A stretch of DNA of 64,000 nt from an uncultured delta proteobacterium (lineage in GTDB: Bacteria; Myxococcota_A; Polyangia; Polyangiales; B10-G4), in contig CAVSGI010000009.1 of assembly GCA_963727445.1 (NCBI GenBank), positions 800,001-864,000 on the forward strand. Reading direction: 5' to 3'. A model generated the notes under the pieces. The model was not told the DNA's origin and searched no databases. It saw only the letters and a list, made by a program, of their open reading frames with translations. Below, in pieces: positions 1-10,835 of this stretch (position 1 is its first letter; each line of letters starts with the position of its first letter). The position numbers and the translations under genes were made by a program.

Positions 1-254
<254 letters not shown>

Positions 255-295
255 GGCGGCGGACTCTACGCCTCGCGGGCACGAGAAAAAAGTCA

Positions 296-320
296 GAAAC
301 CATTGCTCGCGAGCCCCGTC
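296..320 (+). promoter_or_regulatory. Putative ECF-sigma promoter for arsM-sigZ (GAAAC-N16-CGTC)
   Basis: GAAAC at 296-300 and CGTC at 317-320 with a 16-nt spacer; AAGGAGA SD at about 331-337 before the arsM ATG; the adjacent gene is an ECF sigma factor. Confidence 0.55.
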
Positions 321-342
321 ATCCTCATGAAAGGAGAGACGA

Positions 343-1149
343 ATGACGACGACGAAGGATGACGCGCTCCGAGGAGCAGTTCGGGACCACTACGCCGGGG
401 TGGCGCGCGGGCAGGCGGGCTGCGCCCCAGGCTGCTGCGGCGACACACCCGAGGCCTCGCTCGCGCTCGGGTATTCCGCAGAAGACCTCGCCTCGGTTCC
501 CGAGGGGGCCAACATGGGCCTCGGCTGCGGCAATCCCCAGGCCATCGCCGCCCTCCGGGAAGGTGAGACGGTGCTCGACCTCGGAAGCGGCGGCGGCTTC
601 GACTGTTTCCTCGCCGCAAAGCAGGTGGGGGAGACGGGGCGCGTCATCGGCGTCGACATGACCCCCGACATGATCTCGAAGGCGCGGGCCAACGCCGAGA
701 AGCTCGGCGTCGCCAACGTCGAGTTCCGTCTCGGCGAGATCGAGCACCTTCCCGTCGCCGACGGAACGGTGAACGCGATCATGAGCAACTGCGTGATCAA
801 CCTCTCACCCGACAAGCTGCAGGTCTTCCGCGAGGCGCACCGGGTGCTCGCGCCCGGTGGCCGGCTCGCCATCTCCGACGTGGTGGCGATCGCCGAGCTC
901 CCCGAGTCGTTCCGCAACGACGCGGCGTCGATCTCGGGCTGCGTCGGCGGGGCCATTTCGGTGAAGGAGATCGAGGCGATGCTCCGCGACGCGGGCTTTC
1001 ACGACGTGAAGGTCGAGGTCGAGGCGGGTAGCGCGGAGATCGTCGCGGGCTGGTTCCCCGGCTCGGGTGCGGAGCGCTACGTCGCCTCGGCGACGATCGA
1101 AGCCGTGAAGGAAGGCGCCGCCGACTGCTGCGGTCCCGACTGCTGTTAG
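343..1149 (+). CDS. arsM: Arsenite S-adenosylmethionine methyltransferase
   Basis: N-terminal CC, LGY, GLGCGNP, SAM motif [29 protein letters not shown]-terminal CCGPDCC. Confidence 0.93.
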   Translation: MTTTKDDALRGAVRDHYAGVARGQAGCAPGCCGDTPEASLALGYSAEDLASVPEGANMGLGCGNPQAIAALREGETVLDLGSGGGFDCFLAAKQVGETGRVIGVDMTPDMISKARANAEKLGVANVEFRLGEIEHLPVADGTVNAIMSNCVINLSPDKLQVFREAHRVLAPGGRLAISDVVAIAELPESFRNDAASISGCVGGAISVKEIEAMLRDAGFHDVKVEVEAGSAEIVAGWFPGSGAERYVASATIEAVKEGAADCCGPDCC

Positions 1150-1151
1150 GC

Positions 1152-1730
1152 ATGCGCACATCCACTCCCAGCTGGCGGCGCGTCGAGGCTCGGCTCCGGC
1201 CCTTCGTCCGGAGCCGCGTCTCCACCGAAGCCGACGCGGACGACGTGCTTCAGGAGGTGCTGATGCGCATGCATCGCGGCCTCGCCTCCTTGAGCGACCA
1301 GGAGAAGCTCGACGCGTGGATGTACGCCATCGCGCGAACTTCCCTCGTCGATCATCGTCGCGGCCGTGCCCGTCATCCCCTTCCGGCGCAGGGCGACGCC
1401 TTCGAAGCGCCGGTGGAGCAGCCACCCGCGGACGATGACGACGCGGCGATGCGCGATCTCGTGCGGGTGGTCGGGATCTTCGTCGCGATGCTCCCGTCGC
1501 CCTACCGCGAGACGCTCGTCCTGACGGAGCTCGAAGGCCGCTCCCACAGGGAAGCGGCAGAGATGTTGGGCGTCGGCGTGGGCGCGGTGAAGTCGCGAGT
1601 GCACCGGGGCCGCAAGATGCTTCGGGCGGCGCTCGAGGACTGCTGCCGCATCGAGCTCGACGCCCGCGGTCGGGTCATCGAATGCGCCCCGCGCGGCGGC
1701 GCCGGCATGCCCGAGGGCTGCTGCTGCTGA
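1152..1730 (+). CDS. ECF RNA polymerase sigma factor, SigZ-like, with Cys-rich C-terminus
   Basis: Region 2 (DADDVLQEV, AWMYAIAR), region 4 (YRETLVLTELEG..EAAEMLG..AVKSRVHRGR), tail EDCCRIELDARG..IEC..GCCC. Confidence 0.88.
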   Translation: MRTSTPSWRRVEARLRPFVRSRVSTEADADDVLQEVLMRMHRGLASLSDQEKLDAWMYAIARTSLVDHRRGRARHPLPAQGDAFEAPVEQPPADDDDAAMRDLVRVVGIFVAMLPSPYRETLVLTELEGRSHREAAEMLGVGVGAVKSRVHRGRKMLRAALEDCCRIELDARGRVIECAPRGGAGMPEGCCC

Positions 1731-1781
1731 ACGAGACGCTTCGCGTCTTGCGATCGGCCACCGCGCAACCGAAGCTGCCCC

Positions 1782-2978
1782 GTGCCCTCGCGCCGGCAGC
1801 TCCTCTTCGCCCTGCTCTACTTCGCCGAGGGCGCGCCCATCGGATTCATCTGGTGGACCCTGCCCACGCTGCTGCGGGGCGAGGGAGTGGAGGTGACCGA
1901 CATCACGGCCCTCACCGCGATGGTCGTCCTGCCCTGGGCGCTCAAGTTCGCCTGGGCCCCACTCGTCGACACACTGACGAACGAGCGCCTGACGCATCGC
2001 GTGTGGATCGTCGCCGCGCAGCTCGCCATGGCAGCGACCCTGGTGCCGCTGCTCTTCGTCGATTGGGGCGCGTCCCTTCCTCTGCTCACGGGGCTCCTCG
2101 TCCTTCATGCGCTCGCGGCGGCGACTCAGGACGTGGCGGTGGATGCGCTCTCGATCGCCATCATCCCACCCGAGGAGCGGGGGAGCCTCAACGGATGGAT
2201 GCAGGCCGGAATGCTCCTCGGCCGCGCGCTCTTCGGCGGCGGCGCCCTGCTCCTCGGCAGCGCCGTCAGCCCGCGCTTCATGGTCCTTTCGATGATCGCG
2301 GTGCTGCTCCTGACGCCGGTGGTGCTGATCCGCGCCGACCTTCCTCGCCTGCCGGGTCGCGGCGGTGGCGCTTTCCGTCAGTTCCTGCGCGATGGCGTGG
2401 CCGTCTTGAAGCTCCCCGCGACCTGGGTGGCGCTCCTCTATGCGGTGGTCGGCGAGGCGACCTTCAAGGGCGTGGGCGCGGTGGTCGGCCCCTACCTCGT
2501 CGACCACGGCGTCTCCGAAGGCGCGGTGGGCCTCTTCTTCGGCGTCGTCTCCGTGAGCGCGATGGTGATCGGCGCCCTCGCCGGTGGGCGCGTCGCTGAT
2601 CGGATCGGCCGCCGTCCCGCGATCGTCGCGGGACAGATCATCGTCGCCTCCGCGGTCCTGACCCTCGGCCTCACGGACGGCGAAACCATGAGCGGCCTCG
2701 CGTGGGTCGTCCTCGCGGTCTTCTATCTCGGCGTCGGCCTCTTCACCGCCTCGAGCTTCGCGCTCTTCATGGACGCGACCGAGCCGCGCCTCGGCGCCAC
2801 GCAGTTCAGCGCCTACATGGGGATGACCAACCTCTGCGAGGCGTGGTCGTCGCGCGTGGTCGGTGGTCTTTCGACAGCGCACGGCTATGGGATCGCGCTG
2901 CCCGCGGCAGCGGCGATGGGCACCCTGGCCCTGTTGCTACTGCGGTGGCTGCGCTATAGACCACGTGATCATGAGTGA
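1782..2978 (+). CDS. MFS transporter, AmpG/RhtX-like
   Basis: [40 protein letters not shown]; about 12 hydrophobic segments. Confidence 0.85.
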   Translation: MPSRRQLLFALLYFAEGAPIGFIWWTLPTLLRGEGVEVTDITALTAMVVLPWALKFAWAPLVDTLTNERLTHRVWIVAAQLAMAATLVPLLFVDWGASLPLLTGLLVLHALAAATQDVAVDALSIAIIPPEERGSLNGWMQAGMLLGRALFGGGALLLGSAVSPRFMVLSMIAVLLLTPVVLIRADLPRLPGRGGGAFRQFLRDGVAVLKLPATWVALLYAVVGEATFKGVGAVVGPYLVDHGVSEGAVGLFFGVVSVSAMVIGALAGGRVADRIGRRPAIVAGQIIVASAVLTLGLTDGETMSGLAWVVLAVFYLGVGLFTASSFALFMDATEPRLGATQFSAYMGMTNLCEAWSSRVVGGLSTAHGYGIALPAAAAMGTLALLLLRWLRYRPRDHE

Positions 2979-4536
2979 AATCGACCTGAGCGAATTCGAG
3001 ACGCGAATCAAGCTACGGACGCTGCGCCTGGAGGACTTCGACGACCTGGTGCAGCTCCAGCTTCGCTGCTTCCCCAAGATGAAGCCCTGGTTGCGCGATC
3101 AATTCGAATCCCAGCTGCGCATCTTCCCGGAAGGGCAGATCTGCCTGGAGATGGACGACAAGCTCGTCGCTTCTTCGGCCAGCTTGATCGTCGACTACTC
3201 CGACTACACGGACTGGAACGACTGGCTCAAGCTCTCGGGCAACGGCTACATCCGCAACCACGATCCGGAGGGCGACACCCTCTACGGCATCGAGATCATG
3301 GTCGACCCGGACTGTCGCGGGATGAAGCTCTCCCGGCGCCTCTACGATGCGCGCAAGGAGATCTGCCGCGAGCGAAACCTGGCTCGGATGCTCATCGGCG
3401 GGCGAATTCCGGGCTTCGTCGACTACGAGCACGACCTCACGGCGCACGAGTACGTGCAGAAGGTGATGGAGAAGGCCCTCTACGATCCGGTCCTGACGGC
3501 GCAGCTCGCCAACGGCTTTCAGCTCCGACAGCTGGTGCCGGACTACCTGCCCAACGACGAGGACTCGGCGGGCTACGCGACGTGCATGGAGTGGCCGAAC
3601 CTGGACTATCGCCCGCCCAAGATGCCGCGCCTGAGGCGCGCGGTGGATCCGGTGCGGGTTTCCCTCTGCCAGTACCAGATGCGGCGCATCAAGTCCTTCG
3701 ACGAGTTCGAGCAGCAGTGCGAATTCTTCGTGGACGTGGCGAGCGACTACAAGTCGGACTTCATCGTCTTCCCGGAGCTCTTCACGCTGCAGCTTCTGAG
3801 CATCGTCGAGACTCACGACCCCGGGCGCGCCGCCCGGAAGCTCGCCGAGTTCACCCCCCGCTATCTCGAGCTCTTCTCCGACCTCGCGGTCCGCTACAAC
3901 GTCAACATCATCGGCGGGTCGCAGTTCACCGAAGAGGACGAGCAGCTCTACAACATCTCGTACCTCTTCCGCCGCGACGGCACCCTGGGCAAGCAGTACA
4001 AGATCCACGTCACCCCCAACGAGACGAAGTGGTGGGGTGTGCAGGGCGGCGACGTCGTCCAGGTCTTCGACACCGATCGCGGAAAGATCGCCGTCTTGAT
4101 CTGCTACGACGTCGAGTTCCCGGAGCTGGCGCGCATCGCCACGGCGAAGGGCGCCAAGATCCTCTTCGTCCCCTTCAACACCAACGACCGCGACGGATAC
4201 AACCGGGTGCGCTACTGCTCACAGGCGCGCTGCATCGAAAATCAGATCTACGTCGTCACCTCGGGCTGCGTCGGCAACCTGCCCTTCGTCGAAAACGCCG
4301 ACATCCACAACGCCCGCTCGGGGATCTTCACGCCCTGCGACATTCCCTTCGCGCGCGACGGCATCGCCGCCGAGGCCGACAGCAACCTCGAGACGGTGCT
4401 GACCCACGACCTCGACACCGAGCTCCTGAGGCGCGCCCGCCGCGAAGGCACGGTGAAGAACTGGCCCGACCGCCGGACCGACCTCTATCGCGTGCGGTGG
4501 GTGGAGGAGGAGGGCGGCGAGCATCAGGACGTCTGA
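2971..4536 (+). CDS. Bifunctional GNAT acetyltransferase / carbon-nitrogen hydrolase (nitrilase family)
   Basis: N-terminal GNAT domain ([27 protein letters not shown]); C-terminal nitrilase triad FPE / QYKIH / [12 protein letters not shown] at 2971 overlaps the MFS stop. Confidence 0.9.
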   Translation: MSEIDLSEFETRIKLRTLRLEDFDDLVQLQLRCFPKMKPWLRDQFESQLRIFPEGQICLEMDDKLVASSASLIVDYSDYTDWNDWLKLSGNGYIRNHDPEGDTLYGIEIMVDPDCRGMKLSRRLYDARKEICRERNLARMLIGGRIPGFVDYEHDLTAHEYVQKVMEKALYDPVLTAQLANGFQLRQLVPDYLPNDEDSAGYATCMEWPNLDYRPPKMPRLRRAVDPVRVSLCQYQMRRIKSFDEFEQQCEFFVDVASDYKSDFIVFPELFTLQLLSIVETHDPGRAARKLAEFTPRYLELFSDLAVRYNVNIIGGSQFTEEDEQLYNISYLFRRDGTLGKQYKIHVTPNETKWWGVQGGDVVQVFDTDRGKIAVLICYDVEFPELARIATAKGAKILFVPFNTNDRDGYNRVRYCSQARCIENQIYVVTSGCVGNLPFVENADIHNARSGIFTPCDIPFARDGIAAEADSNLETVLTHDLDTELLRRARREGTVKNWPDRRTDLYRVRWVEEEGGEHQDV

Positions 4537-4556
4537 GCTCGGAGCGAGCTCCATGG

Positions 4557-5396
4557 TCAGTGGTCGACCGCCGCCGAGTCTTCGCGGGTCGAGAGCCCAG
4601 GCTGGGGTTGCCAGCGCGTTCGCGTCCCGTCGGGCGCGATGAGCACCAGCTCGTCTCCTTCGAGCGTCAAATCCGCGAGCCGTCCGCGCATCGTGTAGAG
4701 CGATCCCTGCATCGGAAGGCAGCCCTCTTCCGAGAGCGCTTGCACGGTCACGTGGGTCTCGTCCGCGAAGGGGTCCTGCGCGACGCCGGCCACGCGACCG
4801 TCGGCGAGGGCGACCCAAATCACCACATCGTCGAAGCTCTCGGGCAGCAGGCTGCGCTGAGACAGCCCGGTGGAGGCCGGCACGCAGTGCGTCGTCTCTT
4901 CGAGGGAGGTGCGCTCGAGGAAGGTGCTGAGGGTATCGCTGATCTGTACCCAGAGGAGATGGTCGTCTTCAACGCGTTCGATCTCGGGGGGCAGGGGATC
5001 GATGCTCACCACCAGCGTGCCCGCTGGAAGCGCCACCGGTGAAGCCACGGCGCGGGTCACACGGAAACGCGACAGCGTCGAGCCGGCCCGCCGTTCGGTC
5101 TCGATGGCCACCGTGCCCCAACCAGCGGCGAGCGCCGACGCTTCCTCGGGGCTCGCGTCGCGAAGCACCAGCGCGTATCCCGGCCGCTGGCGAACGAGGC
5201 GGAAGTCGCCGATCGCATCGATGGAAGCCGCGCGCCGGAGGATGGGCCCGATCTCCTCGATGCCGGTCACGTCGCTCACGCGGTAGGCCGGCGGATTCGG
5301 TACGCGCCGCACGCGCACGCTCGTCTGCGTCGGCTCCTCACAGGCACAGAGGGCCAGCGCGGCGAACACGATCGAAAAGAGGTGAAGTCCCCGCAT
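4557..5396 (-). CDS. Hypothetical lipoprotein
   Basis: 279 aa ORF with a lipobox-like signal (FAALALCAC); fills the gap between neighbouring genes. Confidence 0.6.
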   Translation of the reverse strand: MRGLHLFSIVFAALALCACEEPTQTSVRVRRVPNPPAYRVSDVTGIEEIGPILRRAASIDAIGDFRLVRQRPGYALVLRDASPEEASALAAGWGTVAIETERRAGSTLSRFRVTRAVASPVALPAGTLVVSIDPLPPEIERVEDDHLLWVQISDTLSTFLERTSLEETTHCVPASTGLSQRSLLPESFDDVVIWVALADGRVAGVAQDPFADETHVTVQALSEEGCLPMQGSLYTMRGRLADLTLEGDELVLIAPDGTRTRWQPQPGLSTREDSAAVDH

Positions 5397-5436
5397 GATG
5401 GCGTTCGCTCGGACGAACGTGTCGATCCGCGAGCGC

Positions 5437-5913
5437 TCAGACGTCGAAGCGACGCAGCAGCACGTCCACGGTCACGGTGCACCGCTGTCGGTGGCCGTCG
5501 ACCGTGGAGAAGTATGTGCGCGATCCGCGGCCCACGTAGCGGCCTCCTTCACGGCGCACCTCGAAACGCGCCTCGCGATGCTCGTCGGGCACACTCGACT
5601 CGCCGATGACGACGCCGTTGCGGCGCACGGTGATGCTCCAATCGCGCCAGTAACGGTTGTTGATGAGCTTCATCTGCATCTCGGTGTCCCCGGGGACTCC
5701 GTCGATCGTCCCCATGTAGGTCGACACGAATCCCGTTCGGGTGGCGTCACCGCAGGTCGCGCTGCGCACGCGCGTCTGATAGGCGTAGAGGCCTGGACCG
5801 AGGTGTGTCTGCTCATAGTCCTGTGCGCGGGCAGGTGAAACCGCTGTGCCGGCGGGAACGAGGACGAGGACGAGGGCGAGAGCGAGGAGCGTGCGGCGCG
5901 CGAGATCGGACAT
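5437..5913 (-). CDS. Hypothetical secreted protein
   Basis: Signal peptide ending ARA|Q; beta-rich mature part with two Cys. Confidence 0.7.
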   Translation of the reverse strand: MSDLARRTLLALALVLVLVPAGTAVSPARAQDYEQTHLGPGLYAYQTRVRSATCGDATRTGFVSTYMGTIDGVPGDTEMQMKLINNRYWRDWSITVRRNGVVIGESSVPDEHREARFEVRREGGRYVGRGSRTYFSTVDGHRQRCTVTVDVLLRRFDV

Positions 5914-5998
5914 GGGCCGATCGTAGACGACCGAGGGCGTACTTTAGTCATGCGTGCACGGATTGGGCGGCCTCTCCCACCTTTCCCCACACGACTGA

Positions 5999-8326
5999 TC
6001 AGCCCCGCCAGATCTCGGCGGCGCGCTTCTTCACCTTCACTTCGGCTTCTCGAAAGCGCGGATCTTCGCGGAGGGGGTCCAACAGTGGGCACGCGTCGAT
6101 CCACAGGACGTCGATGAGGATGTCGTTGGCGGCGCTCGTGAGGCAATCGAGCGCGAGGTCCTTCATGCCGGCGGCGGCGGCGACCTCACAGGAGATCTGA
6201 AACATCAGCGTGCTGAAGCGCCGGTTGGAGAGCCAGGTGGGCACGTTCTCCATGGTCTCGAGGGCGCCGTCGCGCTCGCCTCGGCCGATGGCCACCGCCG
6301 CGAGGGCCAACACCCGCTTCGCAGGCTCGCTCCCGAGCGCTTCGATCTCGTCGAAGAGCTCGTTTGCCGCGTCCAACTGATTACGGTAGAGCGCCCATCG
6401 GAACTGCGACGCCAGCACCGGCAGGGTTCCACGCAGGCTGGTCTGAAGCATCGCCTCCGCGTGATACTCGTGCCCTTCGATGTCGCCCGCGAGGAGCTGG
6501 ACTCGCGCGAGCTCCATGTGACAGATGGTCAGGGTCGGATCGAGCTCGAGGGTCAGCTCGAGGCGTTTCTTGCCCTCCCTGTAACGATCGGCTTCCACCT
6601 GCATCACGCCGAGGTACTGCTGCGCCTCTGCCATGGTCGGCGCGATCGCCAGGGCGCGCCCGAGCGACTGGGCGGCAGCGCGGAAGTTGCCGTTCTGGAC
6701 GTCACCCATCGCCGAGGCCAGGTGGGTCTCGGCGAGATCGGGGACGCGCTCGAGGGCGCGGGCGATGCTCTCTTCGGCTCGCTTCTTCCGCTTGCCTTCG
6801 ACGTCCATCGTCGTCCCCCACCAGGCGCGTACGCTGCAGATGGCGTGCGCGACGATCCCCAGCGGAAAGTCCGGGGCCAGCTCGAGGCAGCGGTCGAGGA
6901 GCGTCAGCGCTTCTTCGGCGCGCAGCATCACGTCCGCGCGGAGCAGGCGCCGCGCACGGAGGTAGAGCTCGATCGCCTCCCGGGGTGCCGAGTGCGCGTA
7001 GGACGCGGCGTCCACCTCGAGGCGAAGCGCCTCGGCGATGCGCCGGCCGCACGACTCCTGAAGCTCGAAGATGTCCTCGACCGAGCCGTCGAAACGGTCG
7101 TTCCAGCGTTGGAGCGCCGAGCCCGCGTCGATCAGGCGCGCGGCGATGCGGACCTTCGCGCCGGCGAGCTGCACCGTGCCGTCCACCACCGAGTCGGCGC
7201 CGAGCTCGGCTGCGATCGCCGCCGGATCGCGCGCGTCGGCGAAGCGTCGGGTCGCACCCATCGCCAGCACCTTGAGACCCCTGGTGCGCGACAGGACGTC
7301 GACCAGCTCCTCGGCGACACCGTCACCGAGATAGTCGTGGTCGGCGCTGCCGCGGTAGGTGAAGGGCAAGACCGCGATGGTGTGCTCGGACTTGCTGGCG
7401 ATCGGGGCGAAGAGCGACTGGCTGAGGGAGGTGGAGGACAGCGTCGCTTCGCCGCCGGCCTGCGCCGCCAGGGCCGCACACACCTGCTTCATGTCGCGGG
7501 GCCGGTGCTCCGGATCGCGCGCGACGCAGGCGAGGATCAAGGTGGCGAGCGTGTCCGGCACCTTCGCGAGACGACGGGGGTCGACCGGGTCCTGGTGCAT
7601 GCGCGCCGCGGCGACGGCGATGGGGGTCGGGCCCTCGAAGGGGAGCCTGCCGGTGACGAGCTCGTAGAGGATGAGCCCGAAGGAGTAGATGTCGCTCTTC
7701 TCCGTCACCGCTCGCCCGGACACCTGTTCCGGCGACATGTAATAGGGCGTGCCCAGAAGGACGCCCGTCTCGTGGGTCTTCTTCGGGCTCTCGAGGGCGC
7801 GGGCGATGCCGAAGTCGGTGAGCACCGCGCGACCATCCTTGGCCACGAGGATGTTCGCGGGTTTGAGATCGCGATGGATGACACCCGCCGCGTGCGCCGC
7901 GACGAGCCCGGCGGCGACGTCCTGCCCGATGGACACCACGCGCTCCGGCGGGAGCGAGCCCGCTTCCTCGAGGATGTCGTCGAGCGCCTGCCCTTCGACG
8001 TACTCCATCGTGAGGTAGCGGACGTCGCCCACCTCGCCGAAGTCGTGGATGCGGGCCACGTTGGGGTGCGTCACCTTGCGTGCGAGGCGCACCTCGCTCC
8101 GGAAACGCTCCTCGGCGCGCTCCGAGTCCAGCGTCAGTAGCTTGAGGGCGACGGTCTCACCGAGGGCGCGGTCCTTCACTTCGTAGACCGCGCCCATGCC
8201 GCCGCGGCCCAGGAGCTTCACCACGTCGTAGCGGCCGGCGAAGTCGGCGCCGAGGTCGAGGGTCATCTTCGAGCGCTCGTTTTCCGCCTCCGCGGCGCTG
8301 ATCGTGTCGTCGAAGCCGGAGCTCAC
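5999..8326 (-). CDS. Ser/Thr protein kinase with TolB-like (IAVLPF) and TPR domains
   Basis: GRGGMG, VALK, HRDLKPAN, DFG, GTPYYMSPE; then IAVLPF..DGVAEEL domain and helical repeats. Confidence 0.92.
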   Translation of the reverse strand: MSSGFDDTISAAEAENERSKMTLDLGADFAGRYDVVKLLGRGGMGAVYEVKDRALGETVALKLLTLDSERAEERFRSEVRLARKVTHPNVARIHDFGEVGDVRYLTMEYVEGQALDDILEEAGSLPPERVVSIGQDVAAGLVAAHAAGVIHRDLKPANILVAKDGRAVLTDFGIARALESPKKTHETGVLLGTPYYMSPEQVSGRAVTEKSDIYSFGLILYELVTGRLPFEGPTPIAVAAARMHQDPVDPRRLAKVPDTLATLILACVARDPEHRPRDMKQVCAALAAQAGGEATLSSTSLSQSLFAPIASKSEHTIAVLPFTYRGSADHDYLGDGVAEELVDVLSRTRGLKVLAMGATRRFADARDPAAIAAELGADSVVDGTVQLAGAKVRIAARLIDAGSALQRWNDRFDGSVEDIFELQESCGRRIAEALRLEVDAASYAHSAPREAIELYLRARRLLRADVMLRAEEALTLLDRCLELAPDFPLGIVAHAICSVRAWWGTTMDVEGKRKKRAEESIARALERVPDLAETHLASAMGDVQNGNFRAAAQSLGRALAIAPTMAEAQQYLGVMQVEADRYREGKKRLELTLELDPTLTICHMELARVQLLAGDIEGHEYHAEAMLQTSLRGTLPVLASQFRWALYRNQLDAANELFDEIEALGSEPAKRVLALAAVAIGRGERDGALETMENVPTWLSNRRFSTLMFQISCEVAAAAGMKDLALDCLTSAANDILIDVLWIDACPLLDPLREDPRFREAEVKVKKRAAEIWRG

Positions 8327-8436
8327 CGGCGCATAGTATCAGCGCACGGCGGCCGCGCCGCCACGACTCGCTTCAGTTTCCAAGGGCCTGGCAGCCCTGG
8401 ATCGCGCGCGCTCCTCGGGTCATACTCGATGGAGCG

Positions 8437-9180
8437 ATGCCGTTCCGCGACGAAGCCGAAGCCCTCCGAAGCCGGCTCGAAGCTGTCGAAACGGATCTGA
8501 AGCGCGCCGAGGCGGAGCTCGAGCGCTCCCGCGAGAAGGCCGCGGAGGCGGAGGCGCTTCGGCAAGCGCTGGTGCGCATCGAAGCGCAGCTCGCGGAGGT
8601 GCGCGGCGAGCGCATCAATCCGCGCGCTCAGCGCACCGCGACCGCGGTGCTCGCGAGCGGTCTCGCGCTGGTGGTCGCGGGCGCATTGGCCGCGCGCGCG
8701 TCCGTGACCCACCTGCCGATCGGCGTCGCGCCACGCGCGGCGATCTCTCAGGCCCGTCCGGTGCTGCTTCCGCGTCCCGACCGTTCGAGCGAGCGGCGTT
8801 GGTTCGCACCGCGACTCTTCAGCGCCAGCGTCGAGGAAGCGCTCGGCGATACGCCCGTCTCCGCGGGCACGCGATGCGACGTGCTCGTCGCGGCGACGGA
8901 TATCGACATGCTCGATTGCCGCGTCACCATCACCTGCAACGACGAGATCCTCTACGGCGGGGACAACCAGGGATACCTGCCGTGCGACGTGCTCGATGGC
9001 GAGCCCACCACGGGCGAGGACCTCTCGGGCGTGGAGGACGACGGCGATCCGATGCTGGACATGGACCTGCCGAGCGGCCACCTGATCGTCACCAACGATC
9101 GCCCTTCGATCTGGCGGACGGATCTGATCATCGCGGAGCCTGCGCCCGCCAGGCCCGCGGGCGTCTTCCTGGTCGAATAG
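8437..9180 (+). CDS. Hypothetical membrane protein (N-terminal coiled coil, one TM, Cys/Asp-rich exported domain)
   Basis: Heptad-like E/R/A-rich N-terminus, hydrophobic AVLASGLALVVAGAL segment, GGAG SD. Confidence 0.65.
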   Translation: MPFRDEAEALRSRLEAVETDLKRAEAELERSREKAAEAEALRQALVRIEAQLAEVRGERINPRAQRTATAVLASGLALVVAGALAARASVTHLPIGVAPRAAISQARPVLLPRPDRSSERRWFAPRLFSASVEEALGDTPVSAGTRCDVLVAATDIDMLDCRVTITCNDEILYGGDNQGYLPCDVLDGEPTTGEDLSGVEDDGDPMLDMDLPSGHLIVTNDRPSIWRTDLIIAEPAPARPAGVFLVE

Positions 9181-9235
9181 GTCTTTCGAGCGCACCGCCT
9201 TGCCAACCGGCCATGCTCTGCCCCAAAGAGGGTGA

Positions 9236-10822
9236 GTGACCCTGGACGGGCTTCGATTCGACAACCGATTCGTGGGTGACCTCCCGGCGGATCCCTCGGA
9301 GGAGATCCGGCGCCGTCAGGTGCGCGGGGCCTGCTTTTCCCGGGTCAAACCCATGCAGATGCCCGAGCCTGCGCTGGTGGCGGCATCGGCAGAGGTCGGG
9401 GAGCTCCTCGATCTCGACGGGTCGGTCCTGGCCTCGCCGCGCTTCGTCGAGGTCTTCTCCGGCAACGAGGTGCTCAGAGGGATGGACCCCTACGCGGCCT
9501 GTTACGGGGGCCACCAGTTCGGGAACTGGGCGGGCCAACTCGGTGATGGACGCGCCATCACTCTGGGCGAGGTCGTCAACGGTCGCGGCGAGCGCTGGGA
9601 GCTACAGCTCAAGGGCGCCGGGCCCACCCCTTACTCGCGCATGGGCGATGGGCGTGCGGTGCTGCGCTCCTCGATCCGCGAGTTCCTCTGCAGCGAAGCG
9701 ATGCACCACCTGGGCGTCCCCACCACGCGCGCCCTGAGCGTGATCACCACCGGCGACCGCGTCGTGCGCGACATGTTCTACGACGGCAATCCCCGCCCCG
9801 AGCCGGGGGCGGTGGTGTGCCGCGTCGCTCCGTCGTTCATTCGCTTCGGCAACTTCGAGATCTTCGCGGCGCGTCGTGAGCACGACGTGATGCGCGCGCT
9901 CCTCGACTTCACCATCGGCCGCGACTTTCCACACCTGGGCGCACCGTCGAAGGAAGTCTACGTAGCCTTCTTCGCCGAGGTCGCCCGCCGCACTGCCGAG
10001 ATGATCGTGCACTGGATGCGCGTGGGCTTCGTGCACGGCGTGATGAACACCGACAACATGTCGGTGCTCGGCCTGACGATCGACTACGGGCCCTACGGCT
10101 GGCTCGACGATTACGATCCGAGCTGGACCCCGAACACCACCGACGCCCAGGGACGCCGCTACCGTTACGGCCATCAGCCCCCGATCGCCTTGTGGAACCT
10201 GGTTCAGCTCGCGAATGCCCTCGTGCCTCTGATCGGCGAAACCAGGCCCCTCGAGGAGGCGATCGACGTCTACCCGAAGACCTTCGAGGCCCGCCAGGCG
10301 GAGATGATCGCGAACAAGCTCGGCCTTTCGGCGCTCGGCCCCGAGGACGAGTCCCTCGTCGACGAGCTCTTCGAAGTGCTGGTCCTGGTGGAGACGGACA
10401 TGACGCTCTTCTTCCGCCTCCTCGCCGACTTCCCCAGCGCCGAGGGCGCGATGGCGGAGGAGGCGATCCTCGAGCACTTCCGCCCCGCCCGCTATTCCGC
10501 CGAGGACATCGGCGAGGAGACGGGCCGGCGGACCGCCGCGTGGCTACGCCGCTACGCCGCGCGGGTGCGGGCGGACGGGACCCCGGACGAGGTGCGACGC
10601 GCGAAGATGAACGCCGTCAATCCGAAGTACGTTCTTCGCAACTATCTCGCGCAGGTCGCCATCGACGCCTCGGAAGAGGGCGACCACTCGAAGGTGCGCG
10701 AGCTCCTCGACGTCGTCCGCCACCCCTACGACGAGCAGCCCGGCCGCGAGGCCTACGCGAGCAAGCGGCCCGAGTGGGCGCGGAGTCGCCCCGGCTGCTC
10801 GATGCTCTCGTGTAGCTCGTGA
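9236..10822 (+). CDS. selO: Protein adenylyltransferase SelO/YdiU
   Basis: YGGHQFG, GQLGDGRA, QLKGAGPTPYSR, DGRAVLRSSIRE, HGVMNTDN, IDYGP, NPKYVLRNY, C-terminal SCSS. Confidence 0.95.
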   Translation: MTLDGLRFDNRFVGDLPADPSEEIRRRQVRGACFSRVKPMQMPEPALVAASAEVGELLDLDGSVLASPRFVEVFSGNEVLRGMDPYAACYGGHQFGNWAGQLGDGRAITLGEVVNGRGERWELQLKGAGPTPYSRMGDGRAVLRSSIREFLCSEAMHHLGVPTTRALSVITTGDRVVRDMFYDGNPRPEPGAVVCRVAPSFIRFGNFEIFAARREHDVMRALLDFTIGRDFPHLGAPSKEVYVAFFAEVARRTAEMIVHWMRVGFVHGVMNTDNMSVLGLTIDYGPYGWLDDYDPSWTPNTTDAQGRRYRYGHQPPIALWNLVQLANALVPLIGETRPLEEAIDVYPKTFEARQAEMIANKLGLSALGPEDESLVDELFEVLVLVETDMTLFFRLLADFPSAEGAMAEEAILEHFRPARYSAEDIGEETGRRTAAWLRRYAARVRADGTPDEVRRAKMNAVNPKYVLRNYLAQVAIDASEEGDHSKVRELLDVVRHPYDEQPGREAYASKRPEWARSRPGCSMLSCSS

Positions 10823-10835
10823 TAGCGTCGCGCCC

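Noticed and set aside
1734..1748. Hairpin AGACGC-ttc-GCGTCT after the sigma gene as a terminator
   Set aside because: Short stem with no U-tract; insufficient support
10811..10825. selO ends TGT-AGC-TCG-TGA-TAG: possible selenocysteine UGA
   Set aside because: The Sec-equivalent position is the Cys of SCSS, already encoded by TGT; TGA-TAG is just a tandem stop
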